Positions 24,801-36,856 of a stretch of 64,000 bases of DNA are shown piece by piece. Made by a program: the position numbers and the translations under genes. The notes below the pieces were generated by a model, which saw only the letters and a program-made list of their open reading frames with translations, was not told the origin of the DNA and made no database searches. How positions within the stretch are numbered: the stretch's first letter is position 1; every line of letters starts with the position of its first letter. The stretch is from assembly GCF_026210795.1 (NCBI RefSeq), contig NC_089432.1, forward strand, positions 1,922,001-1,986,000. Reading direction: 5' to 3'. Origin of the DNA: Rhizophagus irregularis (lineage: Eukaryota).

Positions 24801-27714
24801 ATGGAATATGTTTGTCATCTTTTGCTAAAAGTGTTTTATCATTCGTTAATAATTTTGTTTTCTCCTTATTGATTTTGATATTAGCTAATGAATAAAAATC
24901 ATCTGCTATTGCTAAATTGGCTACTAGGTCATCGATTTTATTAGCAAACCAAGTGGTATCGTCCAGGTATCCAATCAATTTTAACTCTAGTTTTTCTTCA
25001 TGATAATCATCTTTTCGATAAATATTCATCGGGAGCGTTGCATGTAATTTATATCCATCGTATAGGGAATCATTGATGGCGGCGAACATTGGGTCGTAAT
25101 AAATGACCCATAAGAGCGGTGAAATTATTTCTCCTTGAATTATACCCTATTTTAATTCATAAGGATCAGATAAAGTATCAGCTAATATAATTCTATTGTG
25201 ATGTCCTATAAAAAGATTTTCTATAAACTTGATTATATTAGGGGGTATGTTAATTCTTTTTAAAGCTAACGAAAGCAAGGGAATATCTATTCTATCGTAA
25301 GCCTTACTAAGATCTTGGAGTAAAAGATATAACGGGTTATTTGTATCTTTTTGATGTTCTATAATAGATTGAATGTATAAAATAATTTCATTGCAAGATG
25401 CTCCTTGTACACCTGCTTGATTATTATGTTGGAGAATGTTATTCGTGCTTAAATATAAATTAAGTCTCGAATTAATAATTTTAACTAAAAGTTTGCGAAA
25501 ACAATCTAATAATATAATAGGACGCGTATGATTAATATCGTAGTTCCACCAAGTGGGTTTTGGAATTGGATAAAGGAGAGCGAGTTTAAATTGATCTGGA
25601 GTAACTTCATTGATAAGTATATAATTAAAAAGTAATAAAATGACTTCTAAAATTTGTAAAAGTAATTGTTTAATAATTTCATAGCTGATCTTATTAGGTC
25701 CAGCAGACTTTTTTGTCGGTAAATCTTTAATTGCTTCCTGCAACTCGTCCATTGTGATCAATCTATTTAATTTGTTAATATTTTCTTGTGATGCTACATT
25801 AATAGGCGTATATATAGACTTCCAGGGCTCACGTAAAGGTGATGATGGATCATAAGATAAAGGTGATTGTATTACTTTACCAATGTTGCTGAAATGGTCT
25901 ATTGCTTTTTCTTCTATTTCATCCTTATCTGTTGTAAAAGTTGTGATATCGTATTCATCTTTAAATATTAATTTGTCCATTTTGATTTTTTCTGGCACTC
26001 GGTCTAATAAAGATGTTAACATCCTTTTCTGGTTTAGTCTTAGATCATCGTCACGTCTATTAATAAATTTTTCTATTTTGTTTTTTTGAAAATGACTAAT
26101 TTGTTCATTTAATGAATTATTAATGAATGTTTTGATTTTAATTAAAGTATTCAAAATAGTTAAATAATAAGGAGCAGTCAAAAAAGTTGGCCACACGACA
26201 TCACGTGTATTAATTGATAAATTTCGTAAGTCTAAATTTGAAACGATTCTTTTTAATCGATTTAATTTTTTAGGTCCCTCCCAAAAAGTGGTATCATAGA
26301 AATAATATCATGATCGATGTGTTTTAGGATTAAAATAATTTTCTAATCTATTAATAAGGGATGCTATATAATAAAGATCATTTTCTAAAATTCTAATCGA
26401 ATAAGAATAAGTGTATTGATGCATGTTTTGTTTAATTATAGGAAATCCTATAGCGTTTATAGCTTTGTGAATACTTTGTACTATGTTTTCAAAAACAATG
26501 TTGACATGTTTTTGTGGGTTAATGTGTGTTTGGGAACGTGTCGAAATTGATTGAAAATTATTCCATACGAAATTTTTAAAGTCTACCCACTGTTCTTTTG
26601 TTATTTTTTTATAATTATATCTTTCATTATGAGAAAGTGAATTCTTTTTACACATTTCAATTTCATTGAGAGAATCGTTTAAAATATTTTGATTAGGGGA
26701 ATAAAAAAATTTGTTGTTCAAAGTGATCACTATTAATCGGTGATCAGTACATATTGGTTCAGTAGCTATAGTACCAAATAAACAATGTGGTAAAAAGTTT
26801 GGTGAAACAAAAATAATATCAATATAAGACGTATTTTCAGAGGTATTGCTAAAGGTATAAGATGGTGTATCATTAAAAAATTTGACAATGTCTTTGAAGC
26901 GATTATTTTTAAGGATGGTTAAAATGTTTTTGTGATAATACGCTGAAGTCGCGTGATTAGAATTTATAGGGTCGTCTAATTGAACATTTGTAAAAGTTGA
27001 ATTTGATTTATGAGGATTTATATTAAAATCTCCCATGATTATAGTTTTTTTGTAATTATTTTTTGTAAAGAAATAAGTTTTTAAATAAGAAATAATCTCT
27101 TTTAAAGTTGATTCGTTGTCTTTAGCAGATGTAATAGGTGGTAAATATAAGCCTATTATATGTAGTTGTTCTTGTTTTTTGAAAAAGAAAGTAACATGTA
27201 ATAATCGACCAGGAATATGATCGATCCTTTGAATGTGTTTGTATAAAAGGGAGGAAATTATACACGAAACACCACTAGCAGAATGATCAATTGCAGGGTT
27301 GTGTACAATGTAAAAATTTTTGTGTTCTTTGTGTTTTGTAGGGTACGATAATTTAATAGGATTTAATTTTTTGTTTGACTTGTTCTTAGAGTCTTTTAGA
27401 TGTGTTTCTGTTAAAAATAAGAAATGAATGTCGGCCTCAATCATATATGAAATTAAATCTCTTTTTTTCTTTTCAAAGGATCCTTGTAAATTTAAAGTTG
27501 CAAAATTAATGTGCGAATGTGAATTAAAAGAAGAAAAATAAGAAGAATTATTTTTTTGATTTTTATAATTATTATAATAATTTTTTTTGTAGTTTTTTAG
27601 ATTTTGTGAATTATTTTGAGAATAAGAAAGAGAAGGAGATAAAGAAAATAAAGAATTTGAATCAGTGATCAGGTTTAGAGGCTGATCGGTATTATTAATA
27701 TTGTTGTCCATCAT
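21835..27714 (-). pseudogene. LINE ORF2: AP endonuclease - reverse transcriptase - RNase H - C-terminal zinc-binding motif; one ~1959-codon frame with two nonsense codons
   Basis: APE motifs ATLNLQG, LTETH, GDFN, TDH. RT motifs RPIILL, DLSKAYD, QGEIISP, YLDD. RNase H YTDGS, RAE, TDS, HSG..N..AD. CFLC..EHFWTC. The three track ORFs share one frame, broken only by TGA (26308-26310) and TAG (25147-25149). Confidence 0.92.
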
Positions 27715-27762
27715 TAGTCCACCCTGATAGTTTGAGAGATATATACTTGTACTGAATGGAAT

Positions 27763-30114
27763 TTAACGGACAAGGGATTTTATATATCCTGTAAATCCTT
27801 TGCTTTGTTCTTGTGATGAAACGTCATTGTCTTGATCGTGGTTATTGTATTCGTTGCCGTATTGACTTAAACGCTCTTCTTGTGATATATCTTCAGTTTC
27901 ATTATTATAAGATGCAGAAGAAGGTGTATGTAAGGATGATGAACTACCATAATTTTCGTCCCATCCTTCATTCGGTTGTGAATTAGCGTTATAATATTCG
28001 CTATTAATCATTTCATGATGTTCTTGATTGTAGTTATTGAACTGGTATATTTTGTGTTGTGGCGTATTGTATTGTTGGTATGATGGCGAAATTCTTCCTT
28101 CTTTGGAATTTCGTCTTGGTTGGTTCGATTGCATTTGAGGATTCAGATTTTGTTCAGGGATGTATTGTATTTGTAACTGCTCTTCTTGGTGATGATATTC
28201 TTGAGGTTGATGGTGTGATTGTCCTTTGACTGCAATTAAAATTTCTTTGAGTTGAGCGTCTTTAACAATATCTCTTTCAGACATAGTCTGTTGGAAATTA
28301 ACCATTTTATCCATGGATTCTTTAACGTAATTATTGTGTGCGGAGACTTCTTTCGCAAATACTTTAAGTTGTTCAATTTCTTTTTTTTGATCGTCTACCT
28401 GTTTTTCTAAATCTTTAATCATTTTTTCAGCCCATTTCATTTTGTCATTTAAGGTAGCAATATCGAAAGAAATTTGAGTTGAGTTACAATCGTTGTTATT
28501 GTTATTATTATTTGGTTGATTGTTGATATTCTGTCTAGGGCGTGTAGGAGAAATTGGTTGATTGTTATAAATCATTTGGCGTTGGGCCCATTGTTGTTGT
28601 TGGTTTGAGTTTCTATTGGTTGGTTGATTAGGTTTGGTTGATGTTTTTGAAATTTTTTGTCTATTGAAATCTTCATTGATCTTCATAAGAGATCCATAAT
28701 TTTCCGATATGCTTTTACTAACCACTATTTTGGCAGTGTTACGAGGGATATTGATGGGTTTGAAGAATTTTTGTCCATTAGGCGAAGTAGTATGTTCAGA
28801 GTTGCATTCTTGTATCATGTGTTCAGGTGAGCCACATTGTATACAAGTTTTAACGTTATTATCAAGTGGAATAATATATAATGATGTATTGAATGCGGTG
28901 ATTTTTTTAATTTTATCTTCAAAATTTTTGGGATCAACCATGACGTATGCTATTTTAGAACAAAATCTAGTCTTGGCTTTGGGAATTGAACAAGTTTCTC
29001 CATTTATGAGGGTTATTATTTTAGTCATATCTTTTACGTTCGTATTATTAGGAAGACCAGTTATTTTATATCCTTTTGACGTACGTTTTAAGTAAGCCTC
29101 GTGATTATTGTTAGTTGGTAAGATTCTAATGTTAAAATCTTCAATATCTAAGGACCATCCTTTGTCCATTAAGTATTTAGCACCTGCTGCAGTTTTGAAT
29201 TCAATATATACTGTCTTATATTGTGGTAGTTTGGGGGCAAATCTGCCGTTTCTACGGCCTTGGTTGTTATTTCTGTATCGTTTCATTTCAAACTCAAATT
29301 TCTGTATAAGTTTTTTTTCATTTGAGTGAAAATTTTTGATTTCTTTTCCAGTTATATTAATTATGTTTTTTAAGAGTGCTTCAGTTTCATAAAATATCGG
29401 AACATCTATTAGTTTAACTGAATTTTTTGCTTGATTTTCTACATCTCTTTGTATATATGCCTCAATGTTTGAGGAGTCGTATGGGTGTATAATAGCATTT
29501 AAAATAAGGTGACGTTTACTAACGTATTTTTCAAAAATTTCTTTTCTAGAAAATTCTATAATAAAGACTGTGAGGTATTGGTGTTTTTCCCAATTGATTT
29601 TATTGATATCATTAATATGGTTGGAAAATGCGTCCCTTATTTTTTTTCTTATCTCGAAGTTATTTCCTTCATTTGGAAATTGATCTTTTGCGATGAAAAC
29701 TGAAAAAGATTCTGTGGCTGAATTTTGTGTTTCAGAGTCGTTATAGTCAATTTGTTCAATTTGTAATGTCTCCGTTGCTTTTCCTTTATTGGGATTAGAG
29801 TTATTGTGTTGATCACTCAAAGGAGTAATATTTTCTTTGTCTGTTTCCATTGGTTCACTTGTAGATCCTTTGTTTAAGTCATGTGATACTGATGATTGAG
29901 ACGAAGAAGAATTTTTTTCAAATTCTATTTCCATTGCTTCTGTATTATCAAGAGTTTCTATGTTTCTAATCTTATTGGGCCTATTAAATTCTTCGTTTAT
30001 TGTGTTGTTTTGTATATCTTTATCAACAGAATAAACTTCTTTAACAATTTCAGAGTCGTCTAAAGATCTTTTATCAGCTGTTTTAGCTTTTGAACGAGTA
30101 GTAATATTTGACAT
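27763..30114 (-). CDS. LINE ORF1 (nucleic-acid-binding; CCHC knuckle and coiled coil)
   Basis: Intact 783-aa ORF directly upstream of ORF2; CIQCGSPEHMIQEC knuckle; heptad-like region LNDKMKW...; RRM-like segments. Confidence 0.88.
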   Translation of the reverse strand: MSNITTRSKAKTADKRSLDDSEIVKEVYSVDKDIQNNTINEEFNRPNKIRNIETLDNTEAMEIEFEKNSSSSQSSVSHDLNKGSTSEPMETDKENITPLSDQHNNSNPNKGKATETLQIEQIDYNDSETQNSATESFSVFIAKDQFPNEGNNFEIRKKIRDAFSNHINDINKINWEKHQYLTVFIIEFSRKEIFEKYVSKRHLILNAIIHPYDSSNIEAYIQRDVENQAKNSVKLIDVPIFYETEALLKNIINITGKEIKNFHSNEKKLIQKFEFEMKRYRNNNQGRRNGRFAPKLPQYKTVYIEFKTAAGAKYLMDKGWSLDIEDFNIRILPTNNNHEAYLKRTSKGYKITGLPNNTNVKDMTKIITLINGETCSIPKAKTRFCSKIAYVMVDPKNFEDKIKKITAFNTSLYIIPLDNNVKTCIQCGSPEHMIQECNSEHTTSPNGQKFFKPINIPRNTAKIVVSKSISENYGSLMKINEDFNRQKISKTSTKPNQPTNRNSNQQQQWAQRQMIYNNQPISPTRPRQNINNQPNNNNNNNDCNSTQISFDIATLNDKMKWAEKMIKDLEKQVDDQKKEIEQLKVFAKEVSAHNNYVKESMDKMVNFQQTMSERDIVKDAQLKEILIAVKGQSHHQPQEYHHQEEQLQIQYIPEQNLNPQMQSNQPRRNSKEGRISPSYQQYNTPQHKIYQFNNYNQEHHEMINSEYYNANSQPNEGWDENYGSSSSLHTPSSASYNNETEDISQEERLSQYGNEYNNHDQDNDVSSQEQSKGFTGYIKSLVR

Positions 30115-30320
30115 GATTGTAAAATATTAAAATGTATATTTTTATATCAAAAATAAAACTTTTTTATGCCGAGGAGTGTGATTTTGTAATAAAATTTATG
30201 GGTTAAAAATATAGTTAAACTGTAAAATCAAAATTTTCTTTCACTAATTTTTTGGTCTGAGCGATCGGCAGAAAAAGTTTTTTTTTTTCACTTGTTTTTT
30301 TAAGATAATGCTTCTTGCGT

Positions 30321-31012
30321 TGTAACCTGAGAAATCAGGATAATCACATGAGCGGATGAATAAAAGACCGAATGGAACAAGGATAAATAATTAACCGATG
30401 GATAAATAATTAGCCGAAGGATAAATAATTAACTGATAAAATAATATTTATAGTTTAGTTTAGTTTAGTCACGAGATAGTCATATGATAATACATCTTTA
30501 TTTTCTTATTATTCTTAAATTTTTATTAGTAGAAAAGTTAGAAATAGTAGAAATAATTTTCTTAAAAATGTATAAATATAGGTGGGATTCGTTAGGAATT
30601 TCGCAGTCAGTTTTTGACTCAAATTTAATAAAACAAATATTAATTATTAAAAGTTATCTTGAATATGCTCATTGTACGCTTGAGAATTAATTAATATTAT
30701 ATTATTAAGTCCAGAAAAGTAAAGAAAAGGAAGTTATTCTCATTTCATTGTATGAAATAAGAAGTTAGGAGAACTCTCGCAGTTTATAAGAAATAAAGTG
30801 GTAATATTTGAAAGAATAAATATTACATAAAGAATAATATTTTGGGAATATTATGAATGAGTGGTAGTATTTGAAAGAATAAATATTATGAATATATGAG
30901 AAAGAAAGTGAGAAGTTAAGAGAAAAATAAAATCTAAACCAAGCAGAATAACGAGAAATAAAGTTGTAATGAGAAAGATGTGTTTATCCACGGGTGGCAG
31001 ATGTGGGTGACA
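30321..31012 (+). repeat. 5' LTR
   Basis: tgtaacc...gggtgaca; about 13 substitutions relative to the 3' LTR by manual comparison. Confidence 0.97.
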
Positions 31013-31015
31013 ATT

Positions 31016-31030
31016 TGGTGCATGCTTCCG
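31016..31030 (+). promoter_or_regulatory. Putative primer-binding site
   Basis: TGGTGCATGC.. begins 3 nt after the 5' LTR (complementary to a tRNA 3' end ..GCACCA); primer tRNA not determined. Confidence 0.55.
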
Positions 31031-32425
31031 AGAAAGGAAATGATTGACTGTGTGTCATCATTCTGACTATCGTCATATAGTCAGGTACCTGTGCGGTATT
31101 CCTAGAGGATCTGGACTTGAGTATAAAAAGAAAAAGTTATTAAGTGTACAATGAGAAATAAAAGAAGTACAAGTAATGAAGGATAATCAAAGCATGTGTT
31201 GCTTGTGATTAGGAGATTTATCAGGAAATTATGAAGTTTATTATGAAAAGTAAAGAAGTATATGCTAGTATGAAAAAGGACTAACATGAAATGAAAGAAA
31301 AATACACTAAACGATGTATAAACCTGATAAATAAGAAACAAAAAGTTGTTAATGACAAACCTAGAAACTACCATACTTCGATGTGAAGGTAGAGGTAAGC
31401 CTAGTATAGGTTATTGAAAGTAAAAGGAGATAATTCTATAAGAGTTATTGGAGTTAAGTTAGTCATAATAATTGACTATAGAAGAAAATAAGACCGTATC
31501 AAGATTTCACGGCAGGAAAGTAAATCTAATAAAAGAAATAATGCAAAAGTTGCGGGTGAACTATAAACCCAAGAGGTTGCATGGGAACCTTACAAGAAAA
31601 ACACTAGTGGTTATGTGGGAACCTTTAAAACACTATAGGATTGTAAGTTGTGGGTTAAGCTGTAATAAACCCTCTGGATTGTAAGTTGCGGGTTAAACTG
31701 TAAGAAACTTTCCATTATCATTATTATTATTGTACGTTGTGGGTAAAGTGGTGTTAAACCCTCATATTAGTTTATTTTTGAAGAACTTGCTGGTCAAGTA
31801 AGAGAATGATAATAGCAATGTAAGAAATTATAAATTGAAATAAAGGAAATGACGTTGTTAAAAGAACTTAATAAATAAATGTTGTAAAGTAAATTGTGTG
31901 AATGCGCAGTAGGTACCAGATGTGTCTGGCACTTGAATAAATTTCAGAGCGCAGTAAAACACATATAGACCTCCCTGGTCTGAGGAGATTGTGGACTTAG
32001 ATTATTTTCAGAAAAATAAAGTTAGTATATGAGAATATAGACCTCCCCAGAGCTGAGGAGATTACATAAGAATATTATGTAAGAAGTCACATGAGTAATA
32101 CAAATCATATGAATTATAAAAAGTAGGTTACACAAAGCGCAGTAAAGTGATGAAAACAATAAAATAATACATACCTTGATGCGGTGGAATAAAAATAAAA
32201 TGCGAGAAATTGAAATTTAAAAGGAAAGGGGGTGTATTTATAATTTTTGGAGTGATACAGATCACGTGTTGAGAAAGTAAATGAAATGAAATTAGAAGAA
32301 GTATGAGAAATACATGTAATAAATAAAGAAATAAAATATTTAAAATAAGTTATAAAAAGTACGAATTTATATTGTAAAAAGAATAAAAGTGTAATTATAT
32401 GTTGAAAATAAAATAAGGCATTAAA

Positions 32426-32687
32426 ATGGAGATACCAATATTTTATGGTGTAATAGGAGAAAATCCAAAAGAATGGACGAATCAAGTAGAAAAATATCTG
32501 TCAAAGATAGGAATTAAAGACGATAAAAGAATATTTGAAATTGCGAAGACACATTTGTTAGGAAATGCGTTACAATGGGTTTGAAAATGAGGGAATGTGT
32601 ATTGCAGATTGGGATAAAAATAAGATCAAATGGTTGAATTTAAAATTTAGAATAATTGATAGATATTCGAGTGATAATAGAAGCTGA
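32426..32687 (+). pseudogene. Stand-alone ~86-aa ORF resembling the gypsy capsid N-terminal domain (one +1 frameshift at ~32578)
   Basis: MEIPIFYGVIGENPKEWTNQVEKYL..AKTHLLGNALQW/FE..W..LKFRIIDRY parallels the element's own gag IPLFYGKEEEDVSDWIRQFE..AAAHLRGAAAQWY..W..LKHRIKRRF. Confidence 0.75.
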
Positions 32688-32774
32688 GTAATCGATTATT
32701 ATAAAAGTAGAAGAAAATGAATAATGACAAAATAAAATAATAACAAATAAGAAATTTTGAATAAAATACGAGAA

Positions 32775-33101
32775 ATGGAAACAACGATATTTGAAAATAT
32801 AAATGGAAAAGGTTTTATCAGAATAGACGGTGAAGTAAAATGTAAATATTGCGAGAAAATAGAGAATGTAACGTTACAAGAAATTAATTATTTTGAAGTC
32901 AGGGAAGAAAGCGAAGAAAGTTTAAGAAACAAAATAGAAACGTTATGTAAAGAATACTTTTGAAAAGGAATGAAATATCTTAATGAACATGAAGAAAGAT
33001 GTGAACACAAAAATATGAATATATTGCGAATGGGAGAATGCAAAATAGCTGCATATAGGAATAATCAGAAAATCTATGAACAGACAGAATATAGAAATTG
33101 A
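32775..33101 (+). pseudogene. Accessory ORF of the gypsy element (~108 aa, Cys/His-containing; internal TGA at 32961-32963)
   Basis: METTIFENINGKGFIRIDGEVKCKYCEK..LCKEYF*KGMKYLNEHEERCEHKN..; the frame stays open for 45 codons after the stop. Confidence 0.45.
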
Positions 33102-33512
33102 AGAGTAAGATGAATATTAAGGGATGAAATAAATATATGAAAAGACGTTAGAAGATAACGGGTGAAATAAAAGGATATTATAAGAAGAGTAATAAGTGTA
33201 ATGAAGTTAAGCGGTTAAGATAGAAACACAGGAAATATGTAAATAATAAGAATTTAGGGACAAATAATTGTCCAGAAAGACATTAAACTAATTAGGAATT
33301 AATGAAGTTAGAAGAATATCAAGTTATGAGTAATAGAAGACTATGTAATAAAAGATGTAATAGAGAAATGTAATAAGAAGTCATGTACATGAGAATGTAA
33401 AGAAATAAAGATTGAAGTAATAAATGAATAATTATATGAATAAAATATAAATAAGTTGAAAATACGAAATGAAATCATTTTACAAGTGAATAAATAAATA
33501 GAATAAGTTAAA

Positions 33513-36500
33513 ATGTCTGATATATATGATGAATTGGAAGAGATTAAGAATAGACATGAAATAGAGAAACATAATGAATCGAGAGAAGAATATCAAGTAG
33601 ATCCTTCATGCCTAAAATGTTATAGTACTGATGAAATAGAGATAGGAGATTGGTTTAAAAGATTTTGGAAGATTTTTCAAAAAGTAATATTAGAAGCAAT
33701 GAGATATAACAGAAATACATATGTAAAATTAATGGAGTACATAATACTAACAAGAAAGGATGGGGAAGAAAGTTATCGATCTAGTAAAAAGAAAAGAAAT
33801 AAAGAATTTGAGAAAATGAGAAAAGAAGGAGAAAAACTGTTAGATATAGTTGTAAGGTCAATTAGGTATAGAAATAAATCAGATTACAGAAAAATGGGAA
33901 TTATATCAGTGATAAAAGTGATCTGTGAACATTACATATTGAGTGAAGATAATGAGTTTATATTAGACGATCGAACAGAAGAGAATCTATTAGGAAATAG
34001 GGAATTGTTAACATATAGATATATTATAGAAGATGACGAATTAGATATAAGATTTGCAAAATTTGAAGAATGGGTTAGACGAAATAGAATCAGTAACCAT
34101 TAAAAACAAAGGATATGGTACTATGAGATATTTCAAAGAAATATTGCATTTAGAAGAAAATATAGTAGAAGAAGAAAATAGAGAGAAAGTCAAGAAGTTT
34201 CAGAAAAGTATAACATATCAATGGTGGGATATAAATAAATACCCAAGACCATGGATAAATGACGATGTAACAGATAAGATAATAAAGAAAATTGTAGAAA
34301 CTAAAGGTTTTGTTGAAGAATATAGTGATGTAGGAGAACTAGAAAGTTCAGACGATATGGGAGAATTAAGTTCAAATGAAGGAGACGAACATATAGAAAG
34401 AACATATAGAAATTATTGGTTAGAAAATGGTTATAAAATTGATATTGAAGAAATAAGACGAATAATAAATTTCGGAGTGGAATATGAAATAATGAAAACT
34501 AAGGATTTTATGGAGAACTATATGAAAATTAAGGAATTAGATGATGAAGAAATAATCGGAGAACTTAGAAGATGGTATAATATGAATGCCACAGAATGTC
34601 CGTTATGTAACAAAATGATACTGAAGAAAGAAGCAGTAAAATACAATAAAGAATTTACAGGAGAAATATGTAAAAGTTGTTCTGAGAGAGAGGAGAATGA
34701 TGTTAGTGAAGCAGAACTAAGAGTAAAAAGAATACAGAAAATATGTGAAGGAGCAGAAGTTGAAGTAACGGAAGGAGAAATATTACGAATGATAAATATG
34801 GGTTATACAGATGGAGAAATCTTAAATTGGAAGTTTATAAAGTTATTCCAAGAAAATAAGAATGAATTAGAAGGAGTCATAAAAGAAATATTAGATAAAT
34901 ATTTAAAAGAACAAATAGAGACAGAAGAAAACAATGAAGAAGAAGAGGATACAGATGATTCAGAAAAGATTGGAGAAATATTAGATCCAGAAGAATATGA
35001 GATCTGGGAAGAAAATTCTGAAGACTTCAATGAAAACGGAGTCGAAAATAATGAGGAAAATATTATAAATACAGAAAGTTTTGGCTTAAGTCAAAATTCA
35101 GATTCGAATAATTCATTGAATATTAAAGATTCTGATATTGAAAATTCTGATACAGAAAGTGAACTATCCGATTACAACTTACAGGATTTATTTCAGGAGA
35201 ATATATTGTTAAATATGGCAACTGAAGATCAAATGAAAAGAATAGTTGAGAATGCTTTAGGATATCCACCCAATACTTTGGATGGAGTATTAGGGGCAGG
35301 AGCACACTTAGTAAATAGGATTGAAAATGCAGGAAATGAAGCTGGAGGAATAATTAATATACCATTATTTTATGGAAAAGAAGAAGAAGATGTTAGTGAT
35401 TGGATTAGACAATTCGAAGTAGCATTTACGGCAATTGGGAAAGCAGCAGGAACTAATGGCGAAAGACAAGCGGCATATGCAGCAGCACATTTAAGAGGAG
35501 CAGCAGCACAATGGTATAATGAAATGAAAGAAACGAATGCAGGTCATTTAAGGAATTGGGCAGATGCAGATGATGATAATGATTTGAAACATAGAATTAA
35601 AAGAAGATTTACCAGAGAAGATGTTAGAAGAAGAAAAATGTTAGAATTGAGAAAAACTAAACAAGGAATAAATGAAAATGTTGAAGATTATACGAGAAGA
35701 TTTAGACAAGTATTAAGAATAGCGACAAGAGGTCAGGCATTAGCTGACGAATATCAAGTAGATTTTTATATTGAAGGACTAGAAGCAACAGTAGGGTACC
35801 AAGTTAGAAGACAGAACCCAGAAATTTAAATGATGCAATAAATTTAGCAAGAAGGGAAGAAGAAGCAAGAAATGAATTATTTAGAAAAGTAGGAAATATA
35901 CCAGATAGAGTTTATCCAGAGATCGGAAAAGAACGTATTGAAGAACGGAATGTTGGAATGAATGTCAGATATAATAAACCATTAAATGAGAATTATGAAG
36001 ACGAGTTAGTGGAAAAATTAGAGAAAATGAGGATTGCCAAATTAGAAAAACAAGTACGAAATATGGAGAGGGAGTTGAATAATAATGGGAATAAAGACCA
36101 ATTGAATCAGAGAAGAAATAATAGAGCACCAATTAATTATGATAAAATAACTTGCTTTAGATGTCATAGAAAAGGTCATTTTGCGACTAGATGTCCATTA
36201 GAAAATAATATCAGAAGGAATGAAAGAAGAGTTAATTTGATGGACGAGGGAAATTATGGAAGAGATGATGAGCATGAAGAATATGAAGAATCAGATGATG
36301 ATTATGATTATGAATATGGAGAATATGATAATCCACAATTATATAATTACGAACGAGATTTGTATGAAAAGGATAATCCAGTAAGAAGAAGGAGTAATAG
36401 AATAAATCCTACACAAGGATGGAAAAATTTTGGAAAGCCGAATTTAGATAAAGATATTGTGGAAAGAGGGAAAGAAGAATATAAATATAGGAATAGAAAA

Positions 36501-36830
36501 GAAATTCCAATGGAAGAATATATGGGAGATGAACAACCAATGTATGATGGACCGATAGGACTGGATAATACTAATATTTCAAAAAGATATAAATGGAGTA
36601 AAAAAAGAGGAGAATATTATGACACAATGGAAGGAATAAATAGATGGAAAGAAGCAGGAGGAAAACGTGGACCAAGAAAAGATAATATTGTAGGAGTTAG
36701 GCCAAAAGACCCAGTAGACTATGGAAATCTACTTAATATTGTAGAACAACAAGGAAAAATGATAAAGAGAATGTTAAAGAAAGGGGTAAAACAGAGTGAC
36801 TATGCTCGGAGGTTAAAAAGACTGAAATAA
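33513..36830 (+). pseudogene. gag with long acidic N-terminal extension (1-bp frameshifts at ~34073 and ~35824)
   Basis: Capsid motifs PLFYG..W..LRGAAAQW and QG..E.V..Y..RF; CCHC knuckle CFRCHRKGHFATRC; preceded by ~570 aa with CLKC and CPLC..CKSC motifs. Confidence 0.85.
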
Positions 36831-36856
36831 TTGAAGAAAAAGAAGTTACAACAGCA

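Larger units (their letters stand above)
21513..30292 (-). mobile_element. Full-length (~8.8 kb) APE-type non-LTR retrotransposon (LINE) with RNase H
   Basis: TSD tgtttttttaagat (13-14 bp) at 21499-21512 and 30293-30306; (AATAA)n-like 3' tail at 21513-21537; ORF1 plus ORF2. Confidence 0.95.

Noticed and set aside
23861..29703. Plus-strand ORFs overlapping the LINE
   Set aside because: Antisense shadows of ORF1/ORF2 with no recognisable motifs.
30484..30690. 68-aa ORF duplicated at 45663-45869
   Set aside because: Lies inside the LTRs; the duplication simply reflects LTR identity.
36797..36802. TGA-CTA readthrough-like context just before the protease frame
   Set aside because: That frame is closed by another stop at 36734, and a 1-bp deletion in this degenerate copy explains the gag/PR offset equally well; undecidable without other copies.
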